From: Podarcis tiliguerta
Taxonomy: Eukaryota
Assembly (NCBI GenBank): GCA_965153285.1
Contig: OZ229115.1
DNA length: 64,000 nucleotides
Reading direction: 5' to 3' (one strand)
Position numbers and translations under genes: made by a program
Shown: positions 1 through 13,395 of the stretch, one piece after another
Layout: every line of letters begins with the position of its first letter
Numbering within the stretch: position 1 is the first letter of the stretch
Notes under the pieces: model-generated
Told to the model about the DNA's origin: nothing
Seen by the model: the letters and a program-made list of their open reading frames with translations, nothing else
Database searches by the model: none

Positions 1-310
1 CGTTTGTGGGACTGTTAGACGGGCATCCTTGGGGAGAGGCGCGCGCCTCCGTCTGCAGGCAGGGGCGTGTGAGCTTTACCGGTTGTGTGGCATGTGTGTC
101 ACACACACACACTCCGATCCGTATTGTCCTGTTCCTCTTTGTCTCTGCTGCAGAGGGTCACCCGGAGTGGGGGGACTGCACTGTCCAATTGCTGGGCTGA
201 TCGGTCTCTGTGTTTATGCGCATGTGATTAGCCACATCAATATTTTGGCCGCCGCACCTCACACCGTCCTTTTTTCTTCTCCTTTTTTGCCTCTCCTCTT
301 TTACCCCGTG
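1..310. promoter_or_regulatory. 3' edge of a CpG island (KIF21B promoter and exon 1 probably just upstream of the window)
   Basis: CpG density in the first ~300 bp (e.g. gcgcgcctccgtc, ggccgccgcac) is clearly above the CpG-depleted remainder. No exon-1-like coding sequence was found before exon 2. Confidence 0.5.
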
Positions 311-2261
311 AGTTTAAACCCAAATCTCTTCTTACAATGAAATCCTGTTTCTATCTGTGGAAGCCAATTTTCTGCTGCTTTCATAAGTAATGTGCAAGAA
401 GCAGGTTTGGAGTATTTGTCTCCTGAAGAGACCTAGAGCTGCCCCTCCCTCTTTTTTTCTGAAGTCAAAGCAAGAGAGACAAGGAAATCCTGTATTTTGC
501 ACATTTGCTCTGCGTTTTGCTGCCTTTCCTTTCAGCCACGTCTCTGCCTCTGTCTCTCTTTGCACACTCCATTTATCCCCGTTATTGATATTTCAGATAA
601 ATCCGCTGCTGTCAGGTTTCCGTACGGGCTGGCTGGTTCCTTCCCCTTGTTAAGCTCTTATCTCCCTCCAACAACAACGAAATCTGTTTTGTTTGGCTGT
701 CGGTTCATTTTCCCTCGAACCGGAGTTTGTGCTTTAATCTGCCATATGCAGGTGCCTGATATCTTTTGAGCATCATCCTTTCGTTTGGGGTGGGGTTGGG
801 GGGTGAGTCTGCCTATGCAGTGTCTTCTGTGAATGGCAGGACTGCTTCACGCCCATCTCTCTCTCTCTCCCCCTCTCACACACTTTGCCAAATGCTGTCG
901 CTCCCTAGCCATTTTGCTTCTTGTGAAAGTAATAATTGCATTGCAGGTACAGCATTCCCCTTTCGGTTCACCTGAAACCAGGCAATTTGCTTCCCCGCTG
1001 CAGGAGAAGGGCGGTGTTAATGCAGTGGCCCACTGCCCAAGGTTTCTTCCTTTGTATTGACTCTTGCTGCTGAAGATGTATGCCCTTTGGATGTGTGTGT
1101 GCATTTGAAGGCTCTTTAATAAAAGAAACAGAGACACTGTGGCCAGTGGAGTCCATGAGCTCTGCGCAGGGAGAGCTGTGTTTTGGAGTGGGGAGGGTTA
1201 GCGATGGCTGTCTCAGGATATTGCCTTCAGTTCCCAATGCAGTCTGTCATCTGGAGACGTTAAGTGGTCTTTGTCAAATGGAATTGAAACGTTGATGGGA
1301 GAATTTATCTGAACACCAGACTAGTGTATGCTGAGCACAGATACCAGGAGCTGCCATTTTGGCAACCCTTCATTGCCTCTGTCAGGGTGGGAGGCACATT
1401 TGTGTGCAAAACTCTGTATTAAGATCAGACATGCCAAGTGTGGGTGAGGCCACCACCGCAGAGACGCTCACCTGGACTTCATTTTGAATCTAAGGTGACA
1501 GAGCACCTTTAAAAAAAAAGCCTGAGAAATGGAGCCTTGTATTGTTTTGCTCCTTGCATAGCAGGATACCGTTGTTACACAGAAGCAAGGGTGGAGGGGC
1601 GGGAATCCTGAAATCTCTTGCTGTGTGATCACAAGCACTTCCCATCTGGCCAGGTTTGTCCAAAGACCATTAATTTATTGGCCTGAGGACTGTGAAAACA
1701 GGGTGGTTTTCCTTCCTCTCTTTCCTGGCTTGTGAACTCTCCACCCTTAGAACCTTTGTATGTGTGTGTGCAGGGCATCTCTGAGATACTCAAGATCTGG
1801 GTGTTTTAAGCAGGGAGGTCAAAGGAGAGAATTGTAGTTTACAAAACCACCTCCTCCTTACCAAGTTAGTGTTCTTCTGTGGCAGGAATACAGGAGAACG
1901 TTTTTCGGTTGAGCAGATGAGCCTCTGAGTATGTGTAGATAATGAAACAGAAAGTTGGGCAGACCTCCATCAGACCTGGTGCTGAAAATTGACCCTTCTT
2001 TTTCCCTGCACAGAGTGTAGGGGGAGGCACCAGATCTTACATATGATTTTGGCATTATTGCTCCAGACAGGTGTACTTCTCTCTGGGGAATAGGCTTTAC
2101 CTATCAGTGTTGTGACTATTTAGTGCCTACATTTGCATCACACTAGCACAGGGCTCCTTATTTGGTGCAGACACTTCTCCTCCTAAGAAACTCACCTTTT
2201 ATTTTCAACAACCCCAAGTTTCTAGACCTTATGGTTTAGCTTTCCAAATGGATGACCATGG

Positions 2262-2672
2262 GTTAGTCTATAGCAGCACAATCAACCAAGAGTCCTGTGG
2301 TTAAAGAGTAACACATTTCTGTCTATCAATCAATCAATCAATCAATCAATCATCCATCTATCTATCTATCATGGCTTAAGCTTTCATGGACTGAAGTTTT
2401 CATTTACCAAAGATGCATGAAGTGAAATCTCAGTTGGCAGGTATGTGCATAAAAGAGAAAAATATGTAAGGTGTCAGTCGAAGGGCAAGGTGTTTCAAAA
2501 AGCTTTTGTCATTGCCATTCAACTCCAACCTTACATTTTTCTTATTCATACTCTTGTGTGCATATATACCTCCTAAGATTTCACTTCAGGCATCTAACAA
2601 ACTGGGCTTTAGTCTACAAAAACATACGCCTCAATAAAAACAGTGCTGTTCTTCAAGGTGCCACAGGACCCT
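2262..2672. mobile_element. Penelope-like element 3'-end remnants arranged as an inverted repeat
   Basis: Arms ~2262-2472 and ~2528-2672 are imperfect reverse complements (agatgcatgaagtgaaatct vs agatttcacttcagggcatct). The right arm ends ...aataaaa...aaggtgccacagga, like reptile Penelope termini as I recall them. Confidence 0.6.
2322..2371. repeat. Compound (ATCA)n/(TCTA)n microsatellite
   Basis: Read directly from the sequence. Confidence 0.9.
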
Positions 2673-3872
2673 TAGATTGCTAGTGGTTCGGAGAGAACCT
2701 GAGACTTGTGTCGAGTGCATTCTCAAGCCAAGTGGGACACAGCAGGATTTCCTGAGGTGAGGAGGAAGTCATTCTTCGGTTTTCATCTTAGCTCCTTATC
2801 TTTCCCCTCCTCTGCAAGTGCACTTAGTTAAGCAGATATATGCAAGCCTTCTTAATTTGCATAACTCCGACAGATTTTTAAACACATTCTATAATTTGAC
2901 GCTGGGGAGACAACAAAGAAACGAGGCAGTGGAAGAAGATGTGCTGTTTCAGTTAAATGTGCTTAAGCAGGGGGCCGTGAGGACTGGCATGAGGCATCAT
3001 TCATTTCATTTGAAAGTGTTTGTCAAACTGCAGGTATGGTGAGATGAGAGATGGGTGGGGGTCTTGCCTGTGCCTTTGACAGACACCTGCCCCTCACTCT
3101 CTTTCTGGTTCCACCTGTGCAATTCTGCTCTTTGTAAACAGAAGGTAGCCTGCTTTGTCCGCTCTCTGTTTTGACTGAATCCAGTAGAAACTGCTTTTTT
3201 TTCTTTTGCTGCTGGCCATTTCAGAAACTAAAGGGAGGGGAATGAGTTTATTTTAAGGGCAAACTGAGGCTGCATCCTGCCCAAACAATACAGAAAATGC
3301 AGCCATTCCTATCTTCTTCTCCCTCCACTCCCTCCTTCCCATTCACAGGAAAGCCCAGTTCTTAATCTTCTAACAATGCATATAGATGGATAGATTTTCA
3401 GAAGCTCTTAGCAGTCACTGAAGCAGACATCAGAAATGCTTTGTGCTCAAGAGCTGAGCTCATTCTTCACACTGTGACTGAAAAATATGAAAGAAGGGAA
3501 TGACTTGGAATATATTTGGGGAAGTATGAAACCTTAATTGCCTTCCCCCCTGTATTTGAAGCTGATCTGGCCTGTGTTCAGATGACAGTTTTGAGGGGTG
3601 TCTTGGGCTCCCTTCCTGAGAAAGTGAATTTGACATCTCCATCCATCGACTCATAGATCTCCTCTTGACAATATTCAAGCACTCTGATGTCGATATGTAC
3701 AGTGTGCTAGCTTACTTAGAGAAACATGTTCAGAAAGCAGAATTGTTCTCTTAGGACATCTACAAGGCTACATCTACTTGAGCAATGAGCTAAGAATTCT
3801 GAGAGAATTCATTGGAACTCTTATTCATCTGAGCAATGCACAAGTATTTGCAGTGGATGCAGGATATACGTA

Positions 3873-4142
3873 ATAAGTGCTGGTTTTGACCTATAAAACG
3901 GTTCAGGACCACAATACCTTGACCATCCTCTCCCCATATGAATTGACCTGGACAAAAAACATTCCTCTTCTCCCAGTCCTTTGGCTAATTAAACAATCTA
4001 TGGCCTTTTAAACTGTGTGTGGGGTTACTGCTTTTGTTTGTTATTAGGCTTTGTACTTTTGCATTTTTAATATTTAAACCACCCTCTGATTTTTGAATGA
4101 AGGGTGATATAAAAAAGTAATAAAAATTAATAAATAATAATA
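3873..4142 (+). mobile_element. Decayed L2-like LINE 3' end
   Basis: gtgctggttttgacctataaa...taaaccaccct...aataaataataa tail. Confidence 0.5.
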
Positions 4143-4424
4143 GTAAGTGGGAAGTGGGGTGAAAAACAGAAGGGAGTCTGGATGATCACTCTGCCTTCGG
4201 TGGGTAGTACAACCTACACATGCAGAATGGAGAAGATCTGTCAGTGGATTAATTGATTGAATGAATGAACATTTATTATTACAGCCAAACAGCCAGCATA
4301 CTAGTCAGTGGATGGACCTTTCTGATAATGTGGCTCAGCTCCTTGAATATGGAGCAGACAGAAGGGAGATGGTTGCATAGTAACATCTGAGAAGCAGATC
4401 AAACACTGCTTAATATCTATAGAG

Positions 4425-4560
4425 TAGAGGTAGGGAACCTGTGGTGCTCTAGATGTAGGACTCCAGCCCCCATCCACCCTAGCTAGCATGATCAGTGGTC
4501 AGGGATGATGAGAGTTTATACTCCAGAAGTATCTGGAGGGCCACAAATTGCTCAGCCCTG
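4425..4560. mobile_element. Degenerate copy of the palindromic hAT MITE family
   Basis: Shares agggatgatg...atctggagggccac...ccctg with the 16216 and 56025 copies. Confidence 0.6.
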
Positions 4561-7500
4561 ATCTAAAAGAAGGACTGGCACATTACACTAGTCAATAAGG
4601 ATGCTGCTGAGAACCATATTCCCATGGTGAGTTTTCCATTCTGGAGCTGTAATGTAGAGTAGCTTATCACATGGGCAGCCATCATTGAATGGAGAACCTC
4701 CATACCTTTCCCAAGCACTTCTAGAGATAGCCTGTGATGCCATGGAAACTCCTTATGCAGAGATGAGGATCTGTACAGCAGGCTGCCATCATATTAGAAT
4801 TGTGGCACTGAGAAGTTTCCATTGGCATGTTGTTTTCATTCTCTGTGGTCATTGTAACCTGTCCATAATGTCTACAGTGGATTTTCACCCTCCAGTCCAC
4901 AATAAAAGTGTGTGTGTATGTGAACCAGTGAGTAAAAGGTCATTGAGTTGGTGCAGCTTTAACATTTTTGGGCCTGCTACGGTGTGGGCAGAGCCAGCCA
5001 TGTGGATCCTTATCTTCAGCTGTCATACAGCTGGTTCTGATGCAGTTGGTCCTAGACATGGTGTCCCCTTAAATGTTGCAGCACCATTGTGGGACACACC
5101 CATGAAAAAGTGACTCTCCATGCCAGTGCTTTGATATTTAAAGAATGGGCCAATTCTTTGTTGCTTCTCGATTCTCCATTTTATCGGTAGCATCTTCTAA
5201 TTTGCATCATCAGCAGATTTCACTTATAGTTTCCTTGCCAACTGAACGAAAATACTGGTTAAAAATGGGCTTCTAGATTGATCACTGAGAAACTCCACCC
5301 CTTAACTCCACTCTGGTTTGAAGGTCTGCCTTTTAACAAAACCCTTTCTCCATTTACTGTAGCCAGATCCTTATCCATCTTACTATACATATATATCCTC
5401 CAGTTTCATTAATAATTGCTGATGTGGTACTGCAGCGAATGCTTTATGGCATTTCCTTTGCCCAGAAAACCAATTATCTTCTCAAAAAAGAATATCAGAT
5501 TAGTCTGGCAGAAGCCTGCACAACGCTCTCTCTCCCCCGCTTCCTCCCACCTCCCCTAGAGCTCTACACGCCACTCCATTCATGTCTTGTTGTGACATGC
5601 CAGGTGATGGATAAATGTTCTTTCCCTTGTAGCCTGGGACTGTGGTGTTGTGCCAGACAGTGGCTGCACAATTAACCTTCAGCGACTCCATGTTGCCTCT
5701 TGTGTTATTTTCTTCCACATCTAATAATTATCTTTGTTCTACTTCTGTCTGTCACTGAGTGTGTCCTGCAAGCAGAAGCCTTTTTAAGCTTCTCGAAGAA
5801 ACAGCAAGGACAGCAACACTTTCTTTCAAGTGGTGCAACCACATACCTCTATGTGGGGGCCTTCTTTTTTTATATATAGAAAAATTGGTAATAATAATCC
5901 TTCTCTCAATGTCTGCCTCCTTGCCAGCTTCCAACAGAATGGGTTGCTGTTTGCCTTACCAGCTGATCCGTTTATCCAGATTTCTCTTTAATCTTTTTCA
6001 CATGATGATTTAAAAAATAAAATAAATAAACCGTTTTCAGTTTATGATGCCAACTTGCAGGCTCAGAGAGGTCTGTGTGGAATACTTAGAGACACATTAT
6101 TTGAAAGTGGAAGAAATCCGCTTTTCTGCCTCTGTTGGTTCTTTAGGTGTGATGAGGACTGTTTCAAACAGGCTTGTATCTGAGTCATTCTCCATATATT
6201 TCTCTCTCTTTTTTGCATTTGCAGTAGAGATTGAGGTTTTATATGCCCTCTCATTTATTTTACAGACTTCAGTGCAGCTTAGGAGATGGCTTCTCAGACC
6301 AAGGAACTTACACGTGTGAAAGAAAGAAAGGATTTTTGTTCTTACTTTAATTGCAATGCTATAGCATGTGATGTCAAACCTTTCAGCTTCTTCAGTGGTT
6401 TACAAGAGGGGGTTGGGGAACTGTCCATGAGGCACCTTGCAATGGAACTGATTTATATGGGAAATGCCAGATTTGCACATGGACAGATTGGTGTTTTTTT
6501 TAAAGGGAGGAGTTGTTAGGGGAGCATTGACTGCAGAGAGATGGTGGAGGCAAAGGACGAGAAACTAAATCCTAGAGAAACCAAAACCCAGTCAAAAGTC
6601 TCTCATGTCATTGCTCTTTGTACTGAAAAGGGGTAGGATACAGAGGGAATGGTGTTCTGCCTTCCTAACAATCAAGTCCCACATACAAACAATGCGGGGA
6701 TCTGAATGGAGTTTAGTTTGTATCTTCTGAGAGAACTGCACATCCCTAGGGAGGCCAGGCCTACTTCTGACTTGGGAAGCCATTGACATCATTTGCTAAC
6801 TGATGACACAGAATCTTCCTGCAGATCTGGGTTTTTGATACAGTAGTTTAATTCAAGCAGCTGAGGGCAGCTTTTCTTGCATACAGGGACCAGAGTGCAA
6901 AATTAAATCTAAATGTGCTGCATCAGTTGTGAAGAGCTCGTGCATGTATTATTTGCCATTCCCCCCCCCCCTTTTAAATGTGCTTGAAACAGAAACACTG
7001 TCATTTTGTACAGAAGTGCATTTTGTACTGCTCTAAAATGACACCTGCAGCAGGAAGAAGGGCCATCAGACCCTGGGCAGACTAAAAAAATAATCACATT
7101 TATCTTGTTTGTGGATTGTCTTAAAAGCTTATTTGCTTAAATTCGTTTACATGTGCTTCATTAAGTTTTAAGTCTGCCTAATGTCCACTCCAGACCAATC
7201 TCAGACACCACAGTGCAATTTCTGGTCATTCTGAATGTCCGCGTAGCTTTTGGGACCAATTTAATGAAGGCTGTTTTAAGTCTGGCATCATGTTAACTCG
7301 GTTTGGTTTTGAAGGTGGAAATAATTTGAGCATAAAAACTCAGGCTCTGGCTGTCGTCAAAAGTGGCTTTGCAGGAGATAAACTGATTACGGTACTTTGT
7401 GGGTTTCCTGCTTGCTTGCACTATGATCTAGCAGGCTCTGCCCGCCTTAGTTCAGAAATTACCCACACCCATTGTTGCATGCTCATATGCTTCAGCTCTT

Positions 7501-8537
7501 GGCTTCGCAAAGATTGCTCCTAGTCTCTTCTGGGCTGTTTAGTGTTTCAGCAAATAACTATGTAGAGTCCAGCTCAGTCACCCAGGATGGGTTGTTTCCA
7601 CTGAAAAATGCAAGCTGTTGTGATATAAGTAAACCTGACTGATAGCACTTAGTGTGGCTGATGCTAAGGTTGCTCTGCTGTGACGGCGTATTGTGTGCCA
7701 TTGTTTTTCATTGGTTTGAGAATCATAGGGGTTCTATGGGCCTGGTTTAGAACTGCTAGGCAAAAGAGCTAAACAGAACAAACAAACCTGTTGCATACCA
7801 ATTGCCAGAGATGTGTGCTTTCAAGAAATAAAAATTAGAAAAATTAGATTGGCCTCGGAGCACTTCCTGAAGTGTCTGAGAGCTCTTGTCAGAGCTGAGG
7901 AGGGCCAGGAAATGGAGCTTGTGAAACTGGGGGAAGGAAGTAGATTTCTCAAGTTTATTTAAACCCTTGCAACCTCCAGACCTCAGCCACTTCTGTAAAC
8001 ATTCTTGCTGAAGCATGCCATGTCCTTGATCTCTCCAAGAGATGGAGCCCCCTGCTGCTAGTAACACTGCCCCCTCCCTCCCCATGTCTTGGCATATGCC
8101 AAGTGGCTTTTCCTTTTCGCAACGGGCGGGGATGAAATGGCAAGTTTTCAGTATTAGCCCCTTTGGGGCAAAAAGCAGGAGTATTCCATAGGAATTGGTT
8201 TCAGATGATAGCTTGCCAACTTATTAATGGCGCTATGCTTGGTGAAAGAACACAAAGTGTGCCCCCCACTTCCCAGTAGCTCCTTGCTCCCACGCTGCCA
8301 GTATTTACTCTGATGTCACTCAAGCCCCAGGAAGACATGGAGGATGTAATTGGCGGGTATAGATGGAACTGGGGGAGAGGGAGTGAAAATGCTGGTTTCT
8401 TCCTAAATAGGACTGTCCCCAGTATAAGTAGTCTGTTTCCACAGAGTGCAGGGAAGGTAGAAGCTGTTGCTGTCCATTATATTGGATTGCTTTAAGCCAG
8501 GAAATAAAATTGGATCAGAAGCAGGAAGCACTTAGTA

Positions 8538-9530
8538 CAGGGGTCCTCAAACTGTCTACTCTGAAGACCCACTTGAGAAGGCTCAGAATTAATGTAACAA
8601 AATGGCAGAGTAGATGCAGGAAAAATAGTGGGGAGAGATGGAGGCAGAGAATTACAGACATCATTTCCTACTGATATCTAATCCTTCTTCACTAAATTCT
8701 TTGCCATGATGATTTCCTTGTGGCAGAGAGTTCCACAGTTCTCTCAAGCTAAGTCAAGGGATTGGAAGTATTGTGATCCAGCCTCCCCATTTTAAGCAGA
8801 ATTGCTGATCCAGAGGGTCTAAGTGTAGAAGGGTTTGTTTTATTTTATATTTCACCCCAGCACACGTCTCTCAAAAGCATCTTTAGTTGTCTACTGTTAT
8901 TTATCCTCCTTTCACACTCGTAACTTGTTCCCTGTTCCCACTGCCAGTTTATTTCGTTCCTCTTCCCTGGCTCAGTTTAACATTCACTTCTTCCTCTTCT
9001 TTGACAGATTGACAAGAGTGAGCATCCCCTTCACCTCTATTCCCAGTTTATTATTATTTATTAAAATATTCATCTTTTGTCTCTCTGACTTCCTTCAGTG
9101 GGCCCTTTGACTCCTTCACCTCAGAGGAGGCGGGAAAGGCTTCCTGGCTCAGTAGGAGGCCAGCTGTGGTTTGTGGGCATGTGTGTGAAGCAGAGGACCC
9201 AGAAGTCTCAGCAGCTGCTCCTGGGGTCTTCTCCTTTTCACCTCCCACAGCCACTTTGACTCTTTTACCTCCCTTCTTCCTGTTCCTTTCCTGGCACATT
9301 ATCTGTTTTCCCCTTGCTACCATTTCTTCCATTGCAAATCTGCATGCTACGCTCTCACTCTTGCCTCTGCTGTTTAACCTGACTCCCGTTCCCAGGCATG
9401 CTCATGCACTGCACATGCGGGGAGCTGCTGCTAGGGTGCATCCAATCAGAAGGCTGCAGCATGACCAGGGGATAGGCTGTGATGCTAATGCTTGTTTGAT
9501 GGTCCCTGGCCCACAGTTTAAGAAACACTG
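8538..9530. mobile_element. Old non-autonomous hAT-like element (~1 kb)
   Basis: Termini CAGGGGTCCTCAAACT and AGTTTAAGAAACACTG; flanking 8-mers ACTTAGTA and GCTTAGCA match at 6/8. Confidence 0.45.
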
Positions 9531-12500
9531 GCTTAGCAGGTTCTTCATGTTTCCATGGGTTTAAACTGGTGTGTAAAACTGATTGTAGCTGGTGTCAGTT
9601 TTGCAATGTGCGTTGATGTTCCTGTTATGTTCTGGCCTCGGAAGGTTGTGTATTTTTAAAAGGTTTTTAAACATAGGTTGGATGGCCACCTGTCAGGGAT
9701 TTTTCAGCTGTGATTCCTTCATTGTGAGAGTTGGACTAGATGATCCTTGTGGGTGCCTTCCAGCTTGGCAGTTCTATGATTCTGTGACCGTGTTAACAAC
9801 ATGCAGCAGAAATAGTGAATGAGGCTCAAAAGCACATTTAAAACATTGCTTGTAAAGATGGAACCTGCACAGGATGGGAGCTGAATTGGAACAAAGAAAC
9901 CAAGGGATCAGATCTTTGCAAAGCATTTTGTAGCTGTCATATGGAAGAGGCTGTAAATACCTCCATGTTTTGGATGAGAGGCAAGTTGGACCCTTCCAGT
10001 GCATATGTATGGTATGAGGGAGCAGTACAAGAATTGTCCTTCTCTGGAGGGCCAGAGCTGCCCACCTGGAACCCACTTCGATACTACAGCATCATGGCAT
10101 TCTGAAGGAACCACCTAATGAGAAACAAAAGCATATTTTAGGTATTCTGGCAATAGGTTGAGATCTGCTTTTCCAGCAGTATTTAATCCCAGGACCCTGC
10201 TGCAGCATTTCCCTGCCAAGGTGGGAAGAATGAGTGCAGTGGGCACTAGTGGTGCCAGAGCTTCAAAACATTACAGCAGTGCATTGGAATGAAGCCATGG
10301 AGAAACATCTCTCCACACTGCTGCTGGAGCATCTCAAGTGTGCCATAATGTATGTGGGATCTACACTTGCATGCTTGTCAGGTATGCAAAGGATAGTTTG
10401 GAGGGGATGGCAGTCCTGAATGGAGGAGTCTTATCATGGTAGCTTCTTGGATGAGACATTATTTCTCTGGCTTGGGAGGCATATTAGTGCCTTGGCTACA
10501 AAGCTGTCAGTTGGAGTAAGCATTGCCAAGGGGATGGCACTGTCTAATAAGGTACTTGCCCTGTGTGAAGGGATGCAAATGCTGCTATTGGCTAATTCTC
10601 GGCACAAATGGGGCCTTTCTTCCTAGGGTTTTGGAAGGTCTGATGTCATGTCAACAAGATTTCATTTGGCATCACTGAATCCGTCCATGCAAGAAAGACA
10701 CAGTAGGAGCTAGCAAAGGACAGCTGGCTTGTGTGCTCTGCTCTGGAACTTTCATGCAGTAACCAGCAGAGCTGATGCTGCTGTTCTTGAATGGCAGGTG
10801 AGATTGGCCATTGGATTGCCATTGGGAATAGGTAGGAATATGGATCTGTGAGAAAGTTTGTAACAAGAGAGGGAATCTGGGCTGTGGTAGCCAGGAATGG
10901 CTGCAGAGATCAGGTCTGCTGCCACTAGAAAAATGAATGGAAACAATGAGAAATGTACCTGTTCATCAGTCTGTGCTTTCATTTCATAACAAATGAGATT
11001 AAACTCTCAACTGTTTATCTGATGCTCTAATGCATGTATTGTTGTTTGATGCTTTTTTACTTTGTAATCAGCCTAGAAGTACATTGTTTCATAAATAAAC
11101 AGTTTGGTTCAATGTTTCATTCATTCTGAAACAATGATACACATCTCTAGCTTTTCATTTCTTTCTAAGTTGCTACACAGATCTGTACTCAGCAGGGTGT
11201 TTTTGGAGCCCAAAAAATAGTAATAAGAATCACAGAATTAAAACCATTAAAATTCAGCATACACTAAAATAAAGCTCCTCCAAATGCTTTCTGAAACAAT
11301 AATTCTGCCTCATTTGCAACACAAAAAGATGGGGGGCGTGTCATTGGGGTCCACAAGGAGGGCAAAGGGAAGAAGGTGCCCCCTTGAATGGCCCCTCTGA
11401 ATGGCTAAAACTTTAGCTCCGCAGTTTTCTTTTTAAATGTCAGTTTCTAGCATTTGTAGAACCTGATATATGAGGCAAAATGAACAAGCACTTTTCTTAT
11501 CTTTTGTGTGTGTGAGAGAGAAATAAACCTGCTTCCCCCTTTCAGTGTCTGATTTTGATTCCCCCTTCAAAGATTCCCATGAGCCCCTAGGTTGGGTATA
11601 TTTTCCTGCCATTCCTCTATTTCTTCATGGCCTATTGCTGCATGGCTCAGGCTGCATTCCTATTCGTAGCAGCGCAGGATATGGACATTTGGATCGGGTC
11701 TCCCTCACTTTTCCTTCTTGCCTCTCCAGCTTCTGTCCTGGAGAACTGAAGCCTTTTTTCAGGCTTTATACTTGAGCAGGGCATGGCAACACAACCAGGG
11801 AGATGTCCATGCCATCCACACCCCAGCATTCCTTTCCACTCCACCCTTGTCCTTCTTGCATTGCCTGGGAAGGTTTCAAGCCTCCCAATGATTAGGAGCC
11901 CTGTGATGTTACTGGGACCCTGGTTGTGAGGAAGCTTCTTATCATGGAAAATGTGCTTAGCACCCCACTTCAGACATTCCAGTTCAATGCAAGAAGGTCA
12001 GTGGTGGAGAGGGTGCGGCTGCCCCATGCAAAGATGTGTTTGGTGTGGGGGGAAGCTGGCACGCACTGCCCCTCACTCCCATTCATGTTTCCATTCCCTC
12101 TTCAAGCATCATGCTTCAAGCAGGGCTCTAATCTCTTTCCTCATCTGGCAAGCTTCTTTATGTAGGAACCAGAATGCTGGTTGACTAGCATTTCATTCAC
12201 AAAGCCACCTCCCCATCAGCTTTGTCTAATTTTTCTGGCTCCTATGCAAATGGGACTGTCATGTTTGAAGAGTGTGAGTTCCAGTGGTGAGAGTTATGAG
12301 GTTAGTTCCTGCCTGGGCTGAGCTTCAGACAGTTCTGCTTTTCTTTGTGCTAAATCTCGCCTTGAGGGCTCTGAACATGTGATACAAATAAAGGGAATGG
12401 ATTGATGACAGTTACCATTCTCGTCTCTGGGTCATTCCTCTTGTCAAGTTTTCTTCACAGTGGAAGTTATGTCAGACTTCTAGACTGCAGTCCTACACAC

Positions 12501-12697
12501 ACTTATTTGAGACATAGTCCTGTTGAACTCAGTGGGGCTTACTTCTGCCTATACATGAACAGGATTGCACCACAGAGTTCTTGTGCTCTTTCATGAACAA
12601 GGTGGGCTCCATTAAAAACAAAGTGGACCTTTTAAAAGCATGCTTAAGCACAAGCACTTAAGATCGGTGAAGCACAAGCACTTAAGATCCTCTACAC

Positions 12698-12909
12698 CAG
12701 GCATGTCCAAAGTCTATTTCGGGGTGCCCACTGGGGTAAAATCTTTTTAAAAGCACAACAACTTTGGGGCAAAAAAAAAAAGTTCAACAACTTAAATCCT
12801 AAAAAGCCCAACAACTTAAATCCTAAAAAGCTCAACAACTTTGGTTAGCCCTCACGCATGTTCACTTCATCAAATCTGGCTCTCTTTGAAAAAAGTTTGG
12901 GCACCCCTG
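12698..12909. mobile_element. Non-autonomous hAT element with a perfect 8-bp TSD and an internal 24-bp tandem repeat
   Basis: Termini CAGGCATGTCCAAA and TTTGGGCACCCCTG; TSD CTCTACAC at 12690-12697 and 12910-12917; internal caacaacttaaatcctaaaaag repeated. Confidence 0.85.
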
Positions 12910-13019
12910 CTCTACACAGAATGCCCTTTCACCCTGGCATTGTGATGACACACCAGGGCATTTGTCCCAGACATAAAAGCTTTTAGCAGCATGGTGGTGC
13001 ACAATTTGTCCCAGTTTAG

Positions 13020-13395
13020 TTATTTGGGTATTATTTATTTATTTTGGTATTATTTATTTTAAAACATTTCTGTGTTGCTTTTCTGGACAAAGACCCTCCA
13101 AAGTGCATTGCAACAATAAAACAACACTAAAATAAGTGTTACCAATACACTTCAAAACAATAAAACTCATTCAAATCCTCCACAACATAATCCAGTCCAG
13201 CAAATGGGACAAAAATTACTTGAGGGAAGACCACTTGAACAACATAAATCTTTTGGGGGTCCCCAAAAGCCTCAAAAAGCCGCCACATAAAAGGCCTTGT
13301 CTCTGGGTACCACCTCACAGATCGTAGGTGTGTGGGTGTGTGAACACAAGAGGGCCTCTGGTTGAGATCTCAGTGTCTGGGGAGGGTGATATATT
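13020..13395 (-). mobile_element. Decayed L2-like LINE 3' end
   Basis: (TTAT)n tail followed by aaggccttgtctctg...gggcctct...gatctcagtgtctgg, resembling the 51743 copy. Confidence 0.45.

Noticed and set aside
12760-12845. CRISPR-like repeat array
   Set aside because: These are head-to-tail 24-bp units without unique spacers, inside a hAT element in a vertebrate intron.
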